Shown: positions 12,866 to 23,815 of the stretch, piece after piece
Numbering within the stretch: position 1 is the first letter of the stretch
How the letters are laid out: the number at the start of each line of letters is the position of its first letter
NCBI RefSeq assembly: GCF_006345805.1
Contig: NC_043002.1
Location: 62,372,001-62,436,000 of the forward strand
Direction: 5' to 3'
Source: Octopus sinensis
Lineage: Eukaryota
DNA: 64,000 bases
The notes under the pieces: generated by a model
The model's input: only the letters and a program-made list of their open reading frames with translations
Told to the model about the DNA's origin: nothing
Database searches by the model: none
Translations under genes and position numbers: made by a program

Positions 12866-14485
12866 TTGCGGTCAAAATGTTCAGAACGGCATTGTTTTCG
12901 GCAGAAAAGTAAGTATACGTTTTTATCAAAGTAGTTTTATATTCTATAATTTTCACAGACGGTAAATACAATATGAATTGTTATTGTCTGAGATTTTGGT
13001 GTAATTTGAGAGGATAATACAAAAGTTATGGATGATTTAGTGATTTACTGCTAAACCCATGGCAGTCAAAATGATCAGAACGGTTGAAAAAATAACAAAA
13101 TAATAAAAAATGACAGGGAATACTGGAATTATTTAATATTTTGTGTGAAGCCCTTTAGCTTCAATTACACTCTGACATCTTCGACTGCATGAGGAAATTA
13201 AATTTTCAATTTCTTGCTGGGTGATCTTATTCCATTCTTCCTGAAGGGCATTCCATAATTGCTCAGTTGTTTTAGGATTTCTGGCTTTCGAACGTTCTTC
13301 TAGAATATTCCATACATTTTCAATAGGATTGAGATCTGGGCTTTGAGCTGGCCAATCCATAACAATAACCTTTTCAGCCTTGAGGAAGTTCATGACCACC
13401 TTCGCCTTGTGACATGGGGCATTATCCTGCATGAATATGGATGGTCGCTTAGTTGAATTTCTCAGCACAGGCAAGACGTGATCTTTTACAAGTTGTTTAT
13501 AAACTCCTGCATTTACCTTTCCATGTAATCGCACCAAAAGGCCCACACCATCTCCAGATATCATCCCCCAAACCATGACACTTCCTCCACCGAATTTAAC
13601 ACTAGTCTTAAGGCATTTAAGCGACAATTTTTCACTTACTTTTCTACGAGCGTACCTTTTCCCATCTGAGCCAAATAACATAAACTTAGATTCATCACTG
13701 AAATGCACCGTTTGCCATTTTTCTTGAGACCACAACACATGTTCGGTTGCAAAGGTAAGACGACACTTTTTTATTCTTGGAGCTGATCAGTGGTTTCACT
13801 GCAGGTGCTCTTGCTTGTAGGTCATGTTCAACTAAACGACGAGACACAGTTTTTCGAGATAAAGTTTTCTTCAATACAATGCTCATTTTCCGAGAAACAG
13901 CAGTTTTAAATCTGTCCCTTTTAACCAACTTTACCATAGCACGATCTTCTCTCTTGGTCGTTTTTCTTGGCCTACCTGTAAAATGTCTTGCTTCACACAA
14001 ACCACAATCATCGTATACCTTAAGAATACCGTGTACAACACTTTTTGACTTGTTAACAATCTTTGCAGTAGATCCAATACTTAAATTATCCTTCCTTCGA
14101 AGCTTAATAATCTGCTGACGAATTGGTAACGGAGTAAGTGGCATTATATTAACAAAGTACACTGCAAATATTCTTACTAATGTTTAGTAAACGAACCGTC
14201 ACGTAAACAAATTCAAAACATTAGAGTTCGCCGGTTAAATATACTAACACACGGAGTAAAAGCAACCGTTCTGATCATTTTGGCCGCCATGGGTTTTGCA
14301 GTAAATCACTAAATCATCCATAACTTTTGTATTATCCTCTCAAATTACAACAACATCTCAGGCAATAACAAATAATATCGTATTTATTGTCTGTGAAAAT
14401 TATAGAATATAAAACAAATTTGATAAAAATTATATCTACTTTTCTGATGAAAACAATGCCTTTCTGAACATTTTGGCCGCCACTG
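12863..14485 (-). mobile_element. Near full-length Tc1-family transposon with long IR-DR terminal repeats, inserted in (TA)n
   Basis: Imperfect TIRs of about 220 bp (12863-~13088 and ~14262-14485), each with outer and inner direct repeats (CAGT[T/G]GCGG[T/C]CAAAATGTTCAGAA and ATGGC[A/G]G[T/C]CAAAATGATCAGAACGG). TA flanks both ends. Confidence 0.95.
13133..14162 (-). pseudogene. Tc1 DD34E transposase split by a single +1 frameshift
   Basis: N-terminal HTH part (GRPRKTTKREDR) and catalytic part (FSDESKF, QDNAPCH, SPDLNPIEN, with 34 aa between D and E). The two frames join if one base is removed from the T-run at 13767-13772 (KPLISSKNKK/CRLTFATEHVLW). Confidence 0.92.
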
Positions 14486-14524
<39 letters not shown>

Positions 14525-14619
14525 ATATGTATATATATAGAGAGAGAGAAGGAGAGACAGACAGAGATAGATAAATGTATTTGTGCGTCCGTATTTGTCC
14601 CCCACCCACCCCACCTCAC

Positions 14620-14800
14620 CATCGCTTAACAATCGACGCTGGTGTGTTTACGTCTCTGTCAGTTAACGGTTCGGCAAATTAGATCGACTGAATAAATAAT
14701 AGGCTTACAAGGAATAAAGCTTGCAGTCGATTTGCTCGACTAAAGGTGGTGCTCCAGCATCACCGCAGCCAAATGACTGAAGCAAGTAAAAAATTGAAAG
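14620..14800 (+). mobile_element. CORE-like SINE, 3' half
   Basis: GGTGTGTTTACGTC...GGTGGTGCTCCAGCATCACCGCAGCCAAATGACTGAAGCAAGTAAAA. Confidence 0.8.
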
Positions 14801-15582
14801 AATATTATATATACATGTGTGTGTATGTTTATTTGTAGCATGTGTATAAAGTGAATTCTTTAGCCACACTTCTGAAGAATGATACATCCAGTACGCAGTT
14901 GTTCATTTTAGATCTGTTCACGAACGTGTCTAGAATCTACCTATGCCTAATTATACTTTCACCTGGAGACTGTATGTGTCACAAGCGGTTTATTATTCAG
15001 AAAGTCAATGTTAGCTACCATCGCTTAGTTTATATACCTGTCTCTGAAAGACAGCATCTGATAGCTGCAAGACATTACATGGGCCGGAAAGACAATGGCT
15101 TTTATGAGTGGATTTAAACCACTCCCATGACACGATAAATTTGGCAAGTCCGGGATTAAGGCAACGACCTACTTCGTATCGCATTGAATATTCTTTATAT
15201 GGTACCTCCTTTGCAACTGTACAATTCCGTGTGTCTATCAGCAACAACATAAAACAACCTATAGCATAGCTGCCAGCAGATCTTGCTATTGATCTTCAAA
15301 CCAATTCCCGCTGTTAATCCAGAAATATTTCCCTAATATATGTTAGCTAAACCCCAACTGCACAGCTGCAGTGTATATAGTACTTGTTTGAAGAAGAAGG
15401 ATACAAAAAAATGTCCAAGGACACTTTATCAGAAATCTCTTGTAACAAGTTACCTGGAATATCTCTGGTGACATACACTTGATTGTGAAAAGACAGGCGT
15501 CATGACATTCCCCACATTGTTTCCACCTAACGTGATGTGTGCAGAGATGGTATTGATGACGAAAAATTATATGATGAGAGCC

Positions 15583-15660
15583 ATAAAGCTTGAAGTCGAT
15601 TTGCTCGACTAAATGTGGTGCTCCAGCATCGCCGCAGCCAAATGACTGAAGCAAGTAAAA
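15583..15660 (+). repeat. 78-bp duplicate of the SINE tail at 14714-14791
   Basis: Three mismatches. Both copies share non-consensus variants. Confidence 0.8.
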
Positions 15661-16624
15661 GCGGCGAAATCAGAGCAGGTTTTTCTTTCATATCGTGGGG
15701 CTCATTTCTTCCTCATTAGAGGCTTATCAACCACTAGGAAGTCTGCTCTCAACGGGCATATTACTTTTATCTTGACTCAACTTTTGCGGTGACAAGCCAT
15801 TATGATGTGTTAATTGTAAAGAAACGGATGAAGAGGACAGTAAACACGTTCAAATATTTAGAAAGCGAGATCACACGTACGATGTTATAATCTTTTAGTA
15901 AGTTCGAAATGCATTGTTTATGATCTATTGCAGGATCTCCGAAAATGGGGATTCATTCAATGAAGGGATTCATTCTCAAGCCTGATATTTGTTTTGAATG
16001 ATTGTCATAGAACAGAGTACTGTAAACGCAAAGTGCCCAGCAATGGTGTTTCTACCAGGCGAGTCACGTTGTCCACTACATGTGCTCCGCAAATGGTTTC
16101 TTCCAAATATGTCAAATGACATCGTTCTAATTAAATTGATTCAGCTGCCACATAGGAATATGATTGTAATATGTATGTAGGAATATGAATATTATTATTA
16201 TTTTCAGGATGTCTTCAAGCTATAATCTTTATCCACCGGCAAACACGTCTTTCAAATTTTTTTATTAACTAAAATATATTTGGATGTCGAAATAAATTAT
16301 TCTGAAGCGTTTACAAGGTTTTGAACAAGATAAGTTTTAATACAACCAACAAGTAAGATAAGGTAATTTGTTATTTTCTACTTTTATTTTTTTTTTTCAT
16401 ACTTTCATAGTTATTCATTTATTCATTTGTTGTTATCTCGTATCACAATCGCTGCTTTCCATTATTGTTGTTGTTATTGTTGTTCTTTTTTTTCTCTTCC
16501 ATAGAAGCCACGTGTTCACAGAAACAAAAATCGCAATATTTATCTTTATTCTATTCCCAAACTCAGAATTAATATCTCGATTAATCAGAAGTCGCAGAAA
16601 GAATTTTTTCATACTTTCACTGTA

Positions 16625-16650
16625 ACAATAACAATAATAACAACAATAAC

Positions 16651-16692
<42 letters not shown>

Positions 16693-17035
16693 GCTTTTGC
16701 AGAACTGAAAATTATGGTAAAACTCTGCCTGACAGATATTAGATATAGATATTTGATATTAATATTCAAGTGCGTTATGAAAATTTTCCATTACTTGCCG
16801 TTTCTTTTTAGTAGCAACCGTACGATGTATATGTGTATGTTCAGAATACGCGGCAGTGTTCGGTACACGTAGTCTGGTCTTAGAGCCACATCTGTCACTG
16901 CATTACACCCAAACATCATCATATGAGTGAAGGATTTTGAATGTAGTCATTGAAACATTTGTATCTGTTATATGGAATTTAGTTGTTAGATCGACACAAA
17001 TTATCGTATAAGGGAGGAAAGAATAATAATAATGA

Positions 17036-17127
<92 letters not shown>

Positions 17128-17130
17128 TAA
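16625..17130. repeat. (AAC)/(AAT)/(ACT) trinucleotide tracts
   Basis: Seen directly at 16625-16690 and 17025-17135. Confidence 0.9.
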
Positions 17131-17284
17131 TAATAATCTCATATCCTACGCAAAATACTTTCTATGTAATTTCAAGTTTTAAAACAAACATAATTTTCGT
17201 ATTTTTTTTTTTTTAGACATTCACTAGTACAAAACTAAATACAAAACCAAATATATGGCACACTAGGCATAACAACAACATGAA

Positions 17285-17390
17285 CTTCCAACCTGTTGCC
17301 TCTTGAGGTCTCTGGGTGAGACTTGGAGCCAACTTGTAGAAATCTAAAGCAAAATTCAAACATTTAATAATAATAATAATAATAATAATA
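17285..17390 (+). mobile_element. Short probable R4/Dong-like 3' UTR ending in (TAA)n
   Basis: CCTCTTGAGGTCTCTGGGTGAGACTTGGAGCC...AAACATT(TAA)n. A related inverted fragment lies at about 6268-6296. Confidence 0.45.
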
Positions 17391-18412
17391 AATCCTTTCC
17401 TTTTTATTGAGAAACTTTTCAGTTTGAAATACAAACTTCCGAGTTTTATGGAAGGGGTTTTTCCATAGGCGCACATTGTCATACTGTTGACGGCAATCGC
17501 CAGAATTTCTTGTAGAAATTAAGTAGAAAGTTACGAACATTCAAAGATCAAATTTTGTTAAAATATTAACAAATCAGATAAATCTATTCGCTACATCCCA
17601 TTAAAAAATCAATGGCATTTCTATATATACTCTATACATTCTCTGCATCCCATGCAACAGTAAATGGTATTTTTATATATAGGTATAACTTCCCACTCCT
17701 CACCAAGAAAACAAAATGAAAAGCATCAATAATTAAGAATAGGATTTGGTTAGAGTAGGGATTTGGTACAATTAAAAATATGGTTAGTGATTAGGGTTAG
17801 TATTAGAAGCAACTACTTAAGAATTAGGATTAACGTTAGCGTTTAGAATTACAGTTATGGTTTATTATATATGACAAAATACTATTCCAAACATCAGTGC
17901 TACCTTGGGTAACATTGTGCAGAATATTTATGTTACCGTCTTACAATATCTTCTAGCTGAATTCAGATTGTACAAGTCACTTTCATTGATGTTGGTGATA
18001 CAGGATTACCCATTTCTCCTCACCCTTTTACTCTTTCTGAAAATCTGCAACTAATTGTAGGAACATCTATTGTGTTGTTAGAAATTTGGCTTCGCAAAAC
18101 TCTGTAACCAAACAAAATTAAGAATATGCTTTAATATCATTCATTAATACGAACCTGTTACCAGTTCAAATTTTACTGAGACATATTCGAACACGTAAGA
18201 AAGTCATTCACTGTAATTTGTTAATGGGAAAATTTCTCGCGGTAGACAAATGGGTGAAAATACACAGATTGCAGGATGCATGCACACAATACTGTTTAGC
18301 GCTGTTGCACCATATTTAAATTGCGGCGTGCTGCTGAACAGCGCAACCAGTTATTGAACGCCGACCAGACAATTATAAGTAGGACCTGTCTCTCTTGACA
18401 GTCCACAGCGTT

Positions 18413-18876
18413 GCCTTTTCGGTCTCTGTGCCTAAAGAAGAGACAACCTCCCCAAAATGCATGTCTGCCTTTCAAGTCCCTGTGGCTAAAGAGGAGATAA
18501 CCTCCCCGAAATGTATGTCAGTCTTTCCAGTCTCTGAGCTTAAAGAGCAGATAACGTCCCCGAACTACATGTCTGCCATTCCGGTCTCTGTGCTTAACGA
18601 GGAGATAACCTCCCCGAAATGTATGTCTGCCTTTCTGGTCTTTGAACCAACAAAGGAGATAACCTTCCCGAAATGCAAGTCTACCGCTCTAGTCTCTGTA
18701 GCTAAAGAGGTGATAACCTTCCGAAATGCATGTCTGCCTACAGAGGAGGTAACATCCCCGAAATGCATGTCTGCCTTTCCGGTTTTTGTGCCTATAGAGG
18801 AGATAACCTCCCGAAATGCATGTCTGCCTTTCCAGTCTCTGTGCCTACAGAGGAGACAACCTCTCCAAAATACATG
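18413..18876. repeat. 54-bp minisatellite, about 9 diverged units
   Basis: Consensus is approximately GCCTTTCCGGTCTCTGTGCCTAAAGAGGAGATAACCTCCCCGAAATGCATGTCT. One unit is internally deleted and two have 1-bp deletions. Confidence 0.9.
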
Positions 18877-19710
18877 AATCCCAAAGTCTGGTTAGGAGCG
18901 CTGTGAGTTTGACACGATGTATTTACATAAGGCCTTCTAACGGGTTCGAATATGCCCAAAGAATATTTGAACAGGTAACAAGTTTGTATTTATACGCATC
19001 ACTACTTATCGCTGTCACCTCGTTTTCGTTAATATCTTCCTATCCGATATGCCATTTTAATTGCAGCACCTTAATATACTAGAGTCATTGTCTTCTTTTT
19101 ATTAAAGAACATCAACAAGTTTTAGTGCTTGAAATTGTCAAGATTTGAACTGTTTACTCTGTTTTGTGATCATGTGGCAGGTGTAACACGCACATATCTT
19201 CTCACTAAAATAGTAAACCTCAGAAGAAGAAAATGTCCATATTAGTTGAATAACTTTCTGTATAAAACAAAATTTCAGTAAGACTTCTTTCTGTTCGATG
19301 TGTTACATCTCATTTCAGAATTACATTACAAGAAAATATACCATAAAGTAAAGCATCAAGAGAGAATTTCCTTAAGTCAAACCATTAAAATTATCAATAA
19401 ACACATATTAAAAGATTCATACATCATAGGAAGCTAGAAATTTCAGCTTTAGACATGTATCAATGTTACAATCTTTAAAAACATTATATGCAAATACAAT
19501 TACGTACAAAACACACTTCATAAAATCTTACTATAAGTAAAGTAATTTAAGTTTAGTAAAAAATAATTCAAAACATTCTGCAGCGCGAAAATGATGTGAG
19601 TCTCTGCTAATATTTATTACCGCACATATAATATATAATAGTTTATACATAAATAACATACAACATATATACAATATTTTGCAGATATAATACGTATTCT
19701 TTTCTACTCT

Positions 19711-20085
19711 AGGCACAAGGCCTGAAATTGTGGGGGTGAGGAGGCAGTCGATTAGACCGACACCAGGACACAACTAGTACATAATTTACCTACCCACGAA
19801 AGGATGAAATGGCAAAATCGGCGGAATTTGAACTAAGAGAGTAAAGACATACGAAATACCTATTTCTTTACTACCCACAAGAAGCTAAACACAGAGAGGA
19901 CAAACAAGGACAGACAAACGGATTAAGTCGATTATATCGACCCCAGTGCGTAACTGGTGCTTATTTAATCGACCCCGAAAATCAAAGTCGGCCTCAGGGG
20001 AATTTGAACTCAGAACGTAGCGGCAGACGAAATATCGCTAGGCATTTCGCCCGGCGTGCTAAAGTTTCTGCCAGCTCGCTGCCTT
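19711..20085 (-). mobile_element. Nin/Deu-like SINE dimer (headed copy plus degenerate second body)
   Basis: The reverse complement gives a GGCAGCGAGCTGGCAGAAAC head, a body, the AAAGAAATAGGTATTTCG junction and a second body. Confidence 0.8.
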
Positions 20086-20384
20086 AGACATAATACATCT
20101 TACACTTATGCTGTTATATATACGAACAACTTATAATATGAATCTACACCCATAATTGAAATTTATATATATATATATTAAAAATGTAAATAAGTAACCC
20201 CCACTCTTTCCCTCTGTTACTCGCTTAACTATAGAAAGCTTAATTAATAAGATACGCATTATTTTCTAAACCCATTCTGCAAAGATATAACATAAAGAAA
20301 CAATATAATTATTTTGGTTTCTGGTGTTGATGTAATTTTGTTAAAAATGGTTTATCCTATATGTTGGAAAACGGTATGTTCATC

Positions 20385-20471
20385 TGTGTCGGATGAGAGC
20401 GGTTATTTTGAAACTGATGCAATGTTTTCATTGATCGCTTAAATCGAGCCGCTCGAAACGGCCGTAAAGCA
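20385..20471 (+). ncRNA. Degenerate hammerhead motif with long stem II (PLE end)
   Basis: CgGATGA GAGCGG...CCGCTC GAA AC-GGCC-GT A AAGCA. One core substitution and a poorly paired stem I. Confidence 0.4.
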
Positions 20472-20659
20472 TTGATACCTGGACTTCCTTGTTACTTATT
20501 TACATACTGTTCGCGTAACTTGGAGCTGTGCAGACTATATCGAACTGGAAAGGTGACTCAATTGAAGCCCCTAATTCAAATGAATCTTAATTATATATTT
20601 ATGTAAATAAATATGTATATATATATATATTATATATATATATAATATATATATATATA

Positions 20660-21062
20660 CACGACGCGCTTCATTCAGTTTCCGTCTACCAAATCCACTC
20701 ACAAGGCTTTGGTCGGCCCGTGGCTATAGCAGAAGACACTTGCCCAAGGTGCCACGCGTAGGACTGAACCCGGAACCCTGTGGTTGGAAAGCAAGCTTCT
20801 TACCACACAGCCACTCCATATTTATATGTTTCAGGCTTTACGGTGACGCCATGCCGGAGTACCGACTTGAATAATTTTAAGGCAAGGGATTACTGTATAT
20901 GCGAGACTAGTTCTTTTCGGTTCCGTCTACCGAATACACACACACACATAAGGCACTTGTCGGCCCGAGGCTATAGATGACAATTATCCAAGGTGCCACG
21001 CAGTGGAAATGAACATAGAACTATGTAGTTCGAAACCAAAATTCTTATCATACAGCCATTTT
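20660..21062 (-). mobile_element. Two CORE-like SINE 5' halves
   Basis: CACTTGCCCAAGGTGCCACG and tRNA-head complements at 20660-20816 and 20900-21062. Confidence 0.8.
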
Positions 21063-21200
21063 TATACATCCACGCTCACGCATGCGCCCCTCCCCCACAC
21101 ACATATGTATATATGTTGAAATTTACTGAAAAACGAAAGGCAAAGACAGGTGTATAAACAGCAAGTAGGTGTATTAGTTTGACATTGGGGAAGGTGAGAA

Positions 21201-21251
<51 letters not shown>

Positions 21252-21265
21252 CAAGAAGGTAAATG

Positions 21266-21470
21266 CACAGAAATTTGGTGTTGTAAAAATATAACCATGA
21301 AATAAAATACTTAAATAGTCAAGTGGTTTTCTTGTTTGGCCAATGAATAGCATAAGCGAAACTGTAAACCAATTGACTATGTAAATGTTTTGTTTGATAA
21401 ATATATTTTTTCAACACCAAATTTCTGTGTCTTTTCTGTCTTGTATATATTTTTTACTAAAACTCATTAC
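21266..21470. repeat. Dispersed ~200-bp repeat with 18-bp inverted repeat; second copy at ~23830-24050
   Basis: CACAGAAATTTGGTGTTG...CAACACCAAATTTCTGTG. Both copies share GAATAGCATAAGCGAAACTGTAAACCAATTGACTATGT. Confidence 0.7.
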
Positions 21471-21502
21471 ATGGAAACTTTTACTAGAAACTTTTCTTTA
21501 TA

Positions 21503-22070
21503 CAGGGTGGCCCAAAAGTAGGTTTACAGTTATTTAACTATCTCTTTCACATTGACATATTAGCAGTTTAGATCTTAATTACATAAAAATATAAAATCAT
21601 TATTCTATGATAATTTAGTTAATTTTGTCAGGATCCCTTTTTCAGTTTGTAAGATAGAAATTTAAATACAGTTCTATATTTAAGAGATGAGGAATTATGT
21701 ACATTGTTTACATTCGACAGATATGCCCACGGACATATGGCGTAGTGGTTAAGAGCGCGGGCTACTAACCCCATGAGTCGCAGCTCGATCACAAGCAATG
21801 ACCTAAAAACAACAATAATAATAATAATAATAATAATAATGATTATATCGAAAAAAATCCTAGGAATGAGAACCCAGGTTCGAAATTCTCCCAAAACATC
21901 TGAAGAATGCTGGAGGGTATATCAGCCGAAACTTTGTGTTAATAAGAAAGAAGATGAGGACAAATATCCGTCGAATGTAAATAATGTAGAAATTTTAATG
22001 TAATAAAATGGTTTAAAAGAAATTTCAAGTGCCTACTTGATAACTGCAGACCTACTTCTGGGCCAACCTG
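21503..22070. mobile_element. Tc1/mariner-type MITE hosting a nested retroelement
   Basis: TA|CAGGGTGGCCCAAAAGTAGGTTTACAGTT ... AACTGCAGACCTACTTCTGGGCCAACCTG|TA. Confidence 0.85.
21669..21990 (+). mobile_element. Composite element: inverted tail copy, tRNA-like head, (AAT)n, then hammerhead/PLE-type tail
   Basis: Head TGGCGTAGTGGTTAAGAGCGCGGGCTACTAACC at ~21738 and hammerhead motif at 21895-21940. Positions 21669-21724 are the reverse complement of the tail. Confidence 0.75.
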
Positions 22071-22166
22071 TATGTACATGTAGGTGCATTTTTTAGTGGT
22101 AGAGCATCAGGGTTGCGATCCCGAGGTTCTGAGTTCAATACGTGCATATATATATATATAATTATA

Positions 22167-22206
<40 letters not shown>

Positions 22207-22803
22207 GAGACGAAAGCGCTATTACTGCCAAAAGGTACTCTTTATAGCCAAGTCAACGTGGACTGCCCTGTACACCGGAATGTAGACTGGCAAACAGACA
22301 GATCAATCAATATAGAATTAGATAGCCAGTGAGACAGAAAAACAGATAGATGTGGAAACTGATTCATAGATAGAAAGATGAAGAGAGACAGGTAGAAGCA
22401 TACATAGATGAGAACATAAATAGCTAAACCGTCAACGAAACCGCCGAGAAAGATTGAGCTGGTACATTATCATTTATTAGGCATCTGTAGGTATAATAAC
22501 ACAAATTTATCGTAATTCAACTCTGGATTTCCTCTGTGGTAATTTTTTTTAAATGAGCTGGATTTTAAACAAAATGTAGTAATTCTTTTCCATATCTTTT
22601 GATAAAACATACCGATGACTCGTATATTGATCGACTGTTCTTTTTAAAATGCTATCCCTATGCATTAAATTATAATTATGCATTCACAGCTACATTATTC
22701 GAGAATATTTAATCCGTTTGAAATCTCCTTTATCATCGGAATTTTATAACTGCGAAAAGAATATTTTAGATATAACAATCTAACAGATGAGAGAATACGC
22801 AAC

Positions 22804-22935
22804 TTATATACACATATACACACGGTCATATATACATATATATACGTACATACATACATATATAAATATATATATACATAAATATATAAATATATATATA
22901 CATAAATATATAAATATATATATACATAAATATAT

Positions 22936-22992
<57 letters not shown>
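22804..22992. repeat. 20-bp AT-rich minisatellite running into (TA)n
   Basis: ATATATACATAAATATATAA units seen directly. Confidence 0.85.
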
Positions 22993-22993
<1 letters not shown>

Positions 22994-22997
<4 letters not shown>

Positions 22998-23133
22998 GTT
23001 GTCCCAAAAGTTCGTAAACACTTGCGAAAATTGAATTTTTACTCGCCAAGTGCTAACAAAAACAACAAAAATTATTCCTCAAAATGAAGACCATTATTTT
23101 CCAAGACTTTCTACGAACTTTTGGGACAACCTT
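22994..23133. mobile_element. 140-bp mariner-type MITE in (TA)n
   Basis: TAGGTTGTCCCAAAAGTTCGTA ... TACGAACTTTTGGGACAACCT. Confidence 0.85.
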
Positions 23134-23143
23134 ATATATATAC

Positions 23144-23184
<41 letters not shown>

Positions 23185-23199
23185 AATGTATATATATAA

Positions 23200-23650
23200 G
23201 TATATATGCCCCTCCCTAGTTCTTTAATCTCTCTGCCCCATACTTCTCTCCTCCCCTTCTACGTGACCGGTGTTCCGCCCAGCCTGACCTATATTTTTGG
23301 TTCGACTATCAACCGTATAGCATCTCTTATATTCCATCCAATGACTTTCATCTCTTATGTCTCTGGCCTAAGGTCTCACTTCCACACACGCCAGCTTCAT
23401 TTAATTCGTCCTTAGTCGAAAGACACTTGTTAATGTCTTTCTGTTTATATTTGTAATTGTGTACCATTTCTCGGTTTCTTCTTTTCATCCTTGTTTTCGT
23501 GTACAGTATCAAGTGTAACCGGCCGAAACTGCTAAGATGATCAGGAACTCGACTGAGGAGGTGACGCTCCGGATGACTTGTCTTTTTTTGAATCGTTTAA
23601 CTGCGCGGATGTTTTATTGTCGCCTGTTACGTACATGTCCACTTTCTGTT
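23200..23650 (+). mobile_element. Probable Penelope-like non-coding terminal fragment
   Basis: Shares CCACACACGCCAGCTTCATTT...GTCGAAAGACAC with 25985-26560, and GCCGAAA..CTA.GATGATC.GG with 32627-34283. Confidence 0.55.
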
Positions 23651-23772
23651 TTCTTTTTATGTACACACACATACACATACACAGAGAGAGAGAGGCATAT
23701 TTGTGTTTCAACATGTCCATATCGTTATGTGCTCATGCATAAATACATATACTAATACATAATATATATATA

Positions 23773-23815
<43 letters not shown>

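Noticed and set aside
17960-18270. Helitron Pif1 helicase remnant (FIDVGDTGLP; LLMGKF)
   Set aside because: The similarity is too weak and discontinuous to support a call.
21734-21800. tRNA gene calls for the SINE heads (also 26593, 50262, 50120-50186)
   Set aside because: A/B boxes are present but there is no complete cloverleaf or acceptor stem, and each head continues into repeat bodies.
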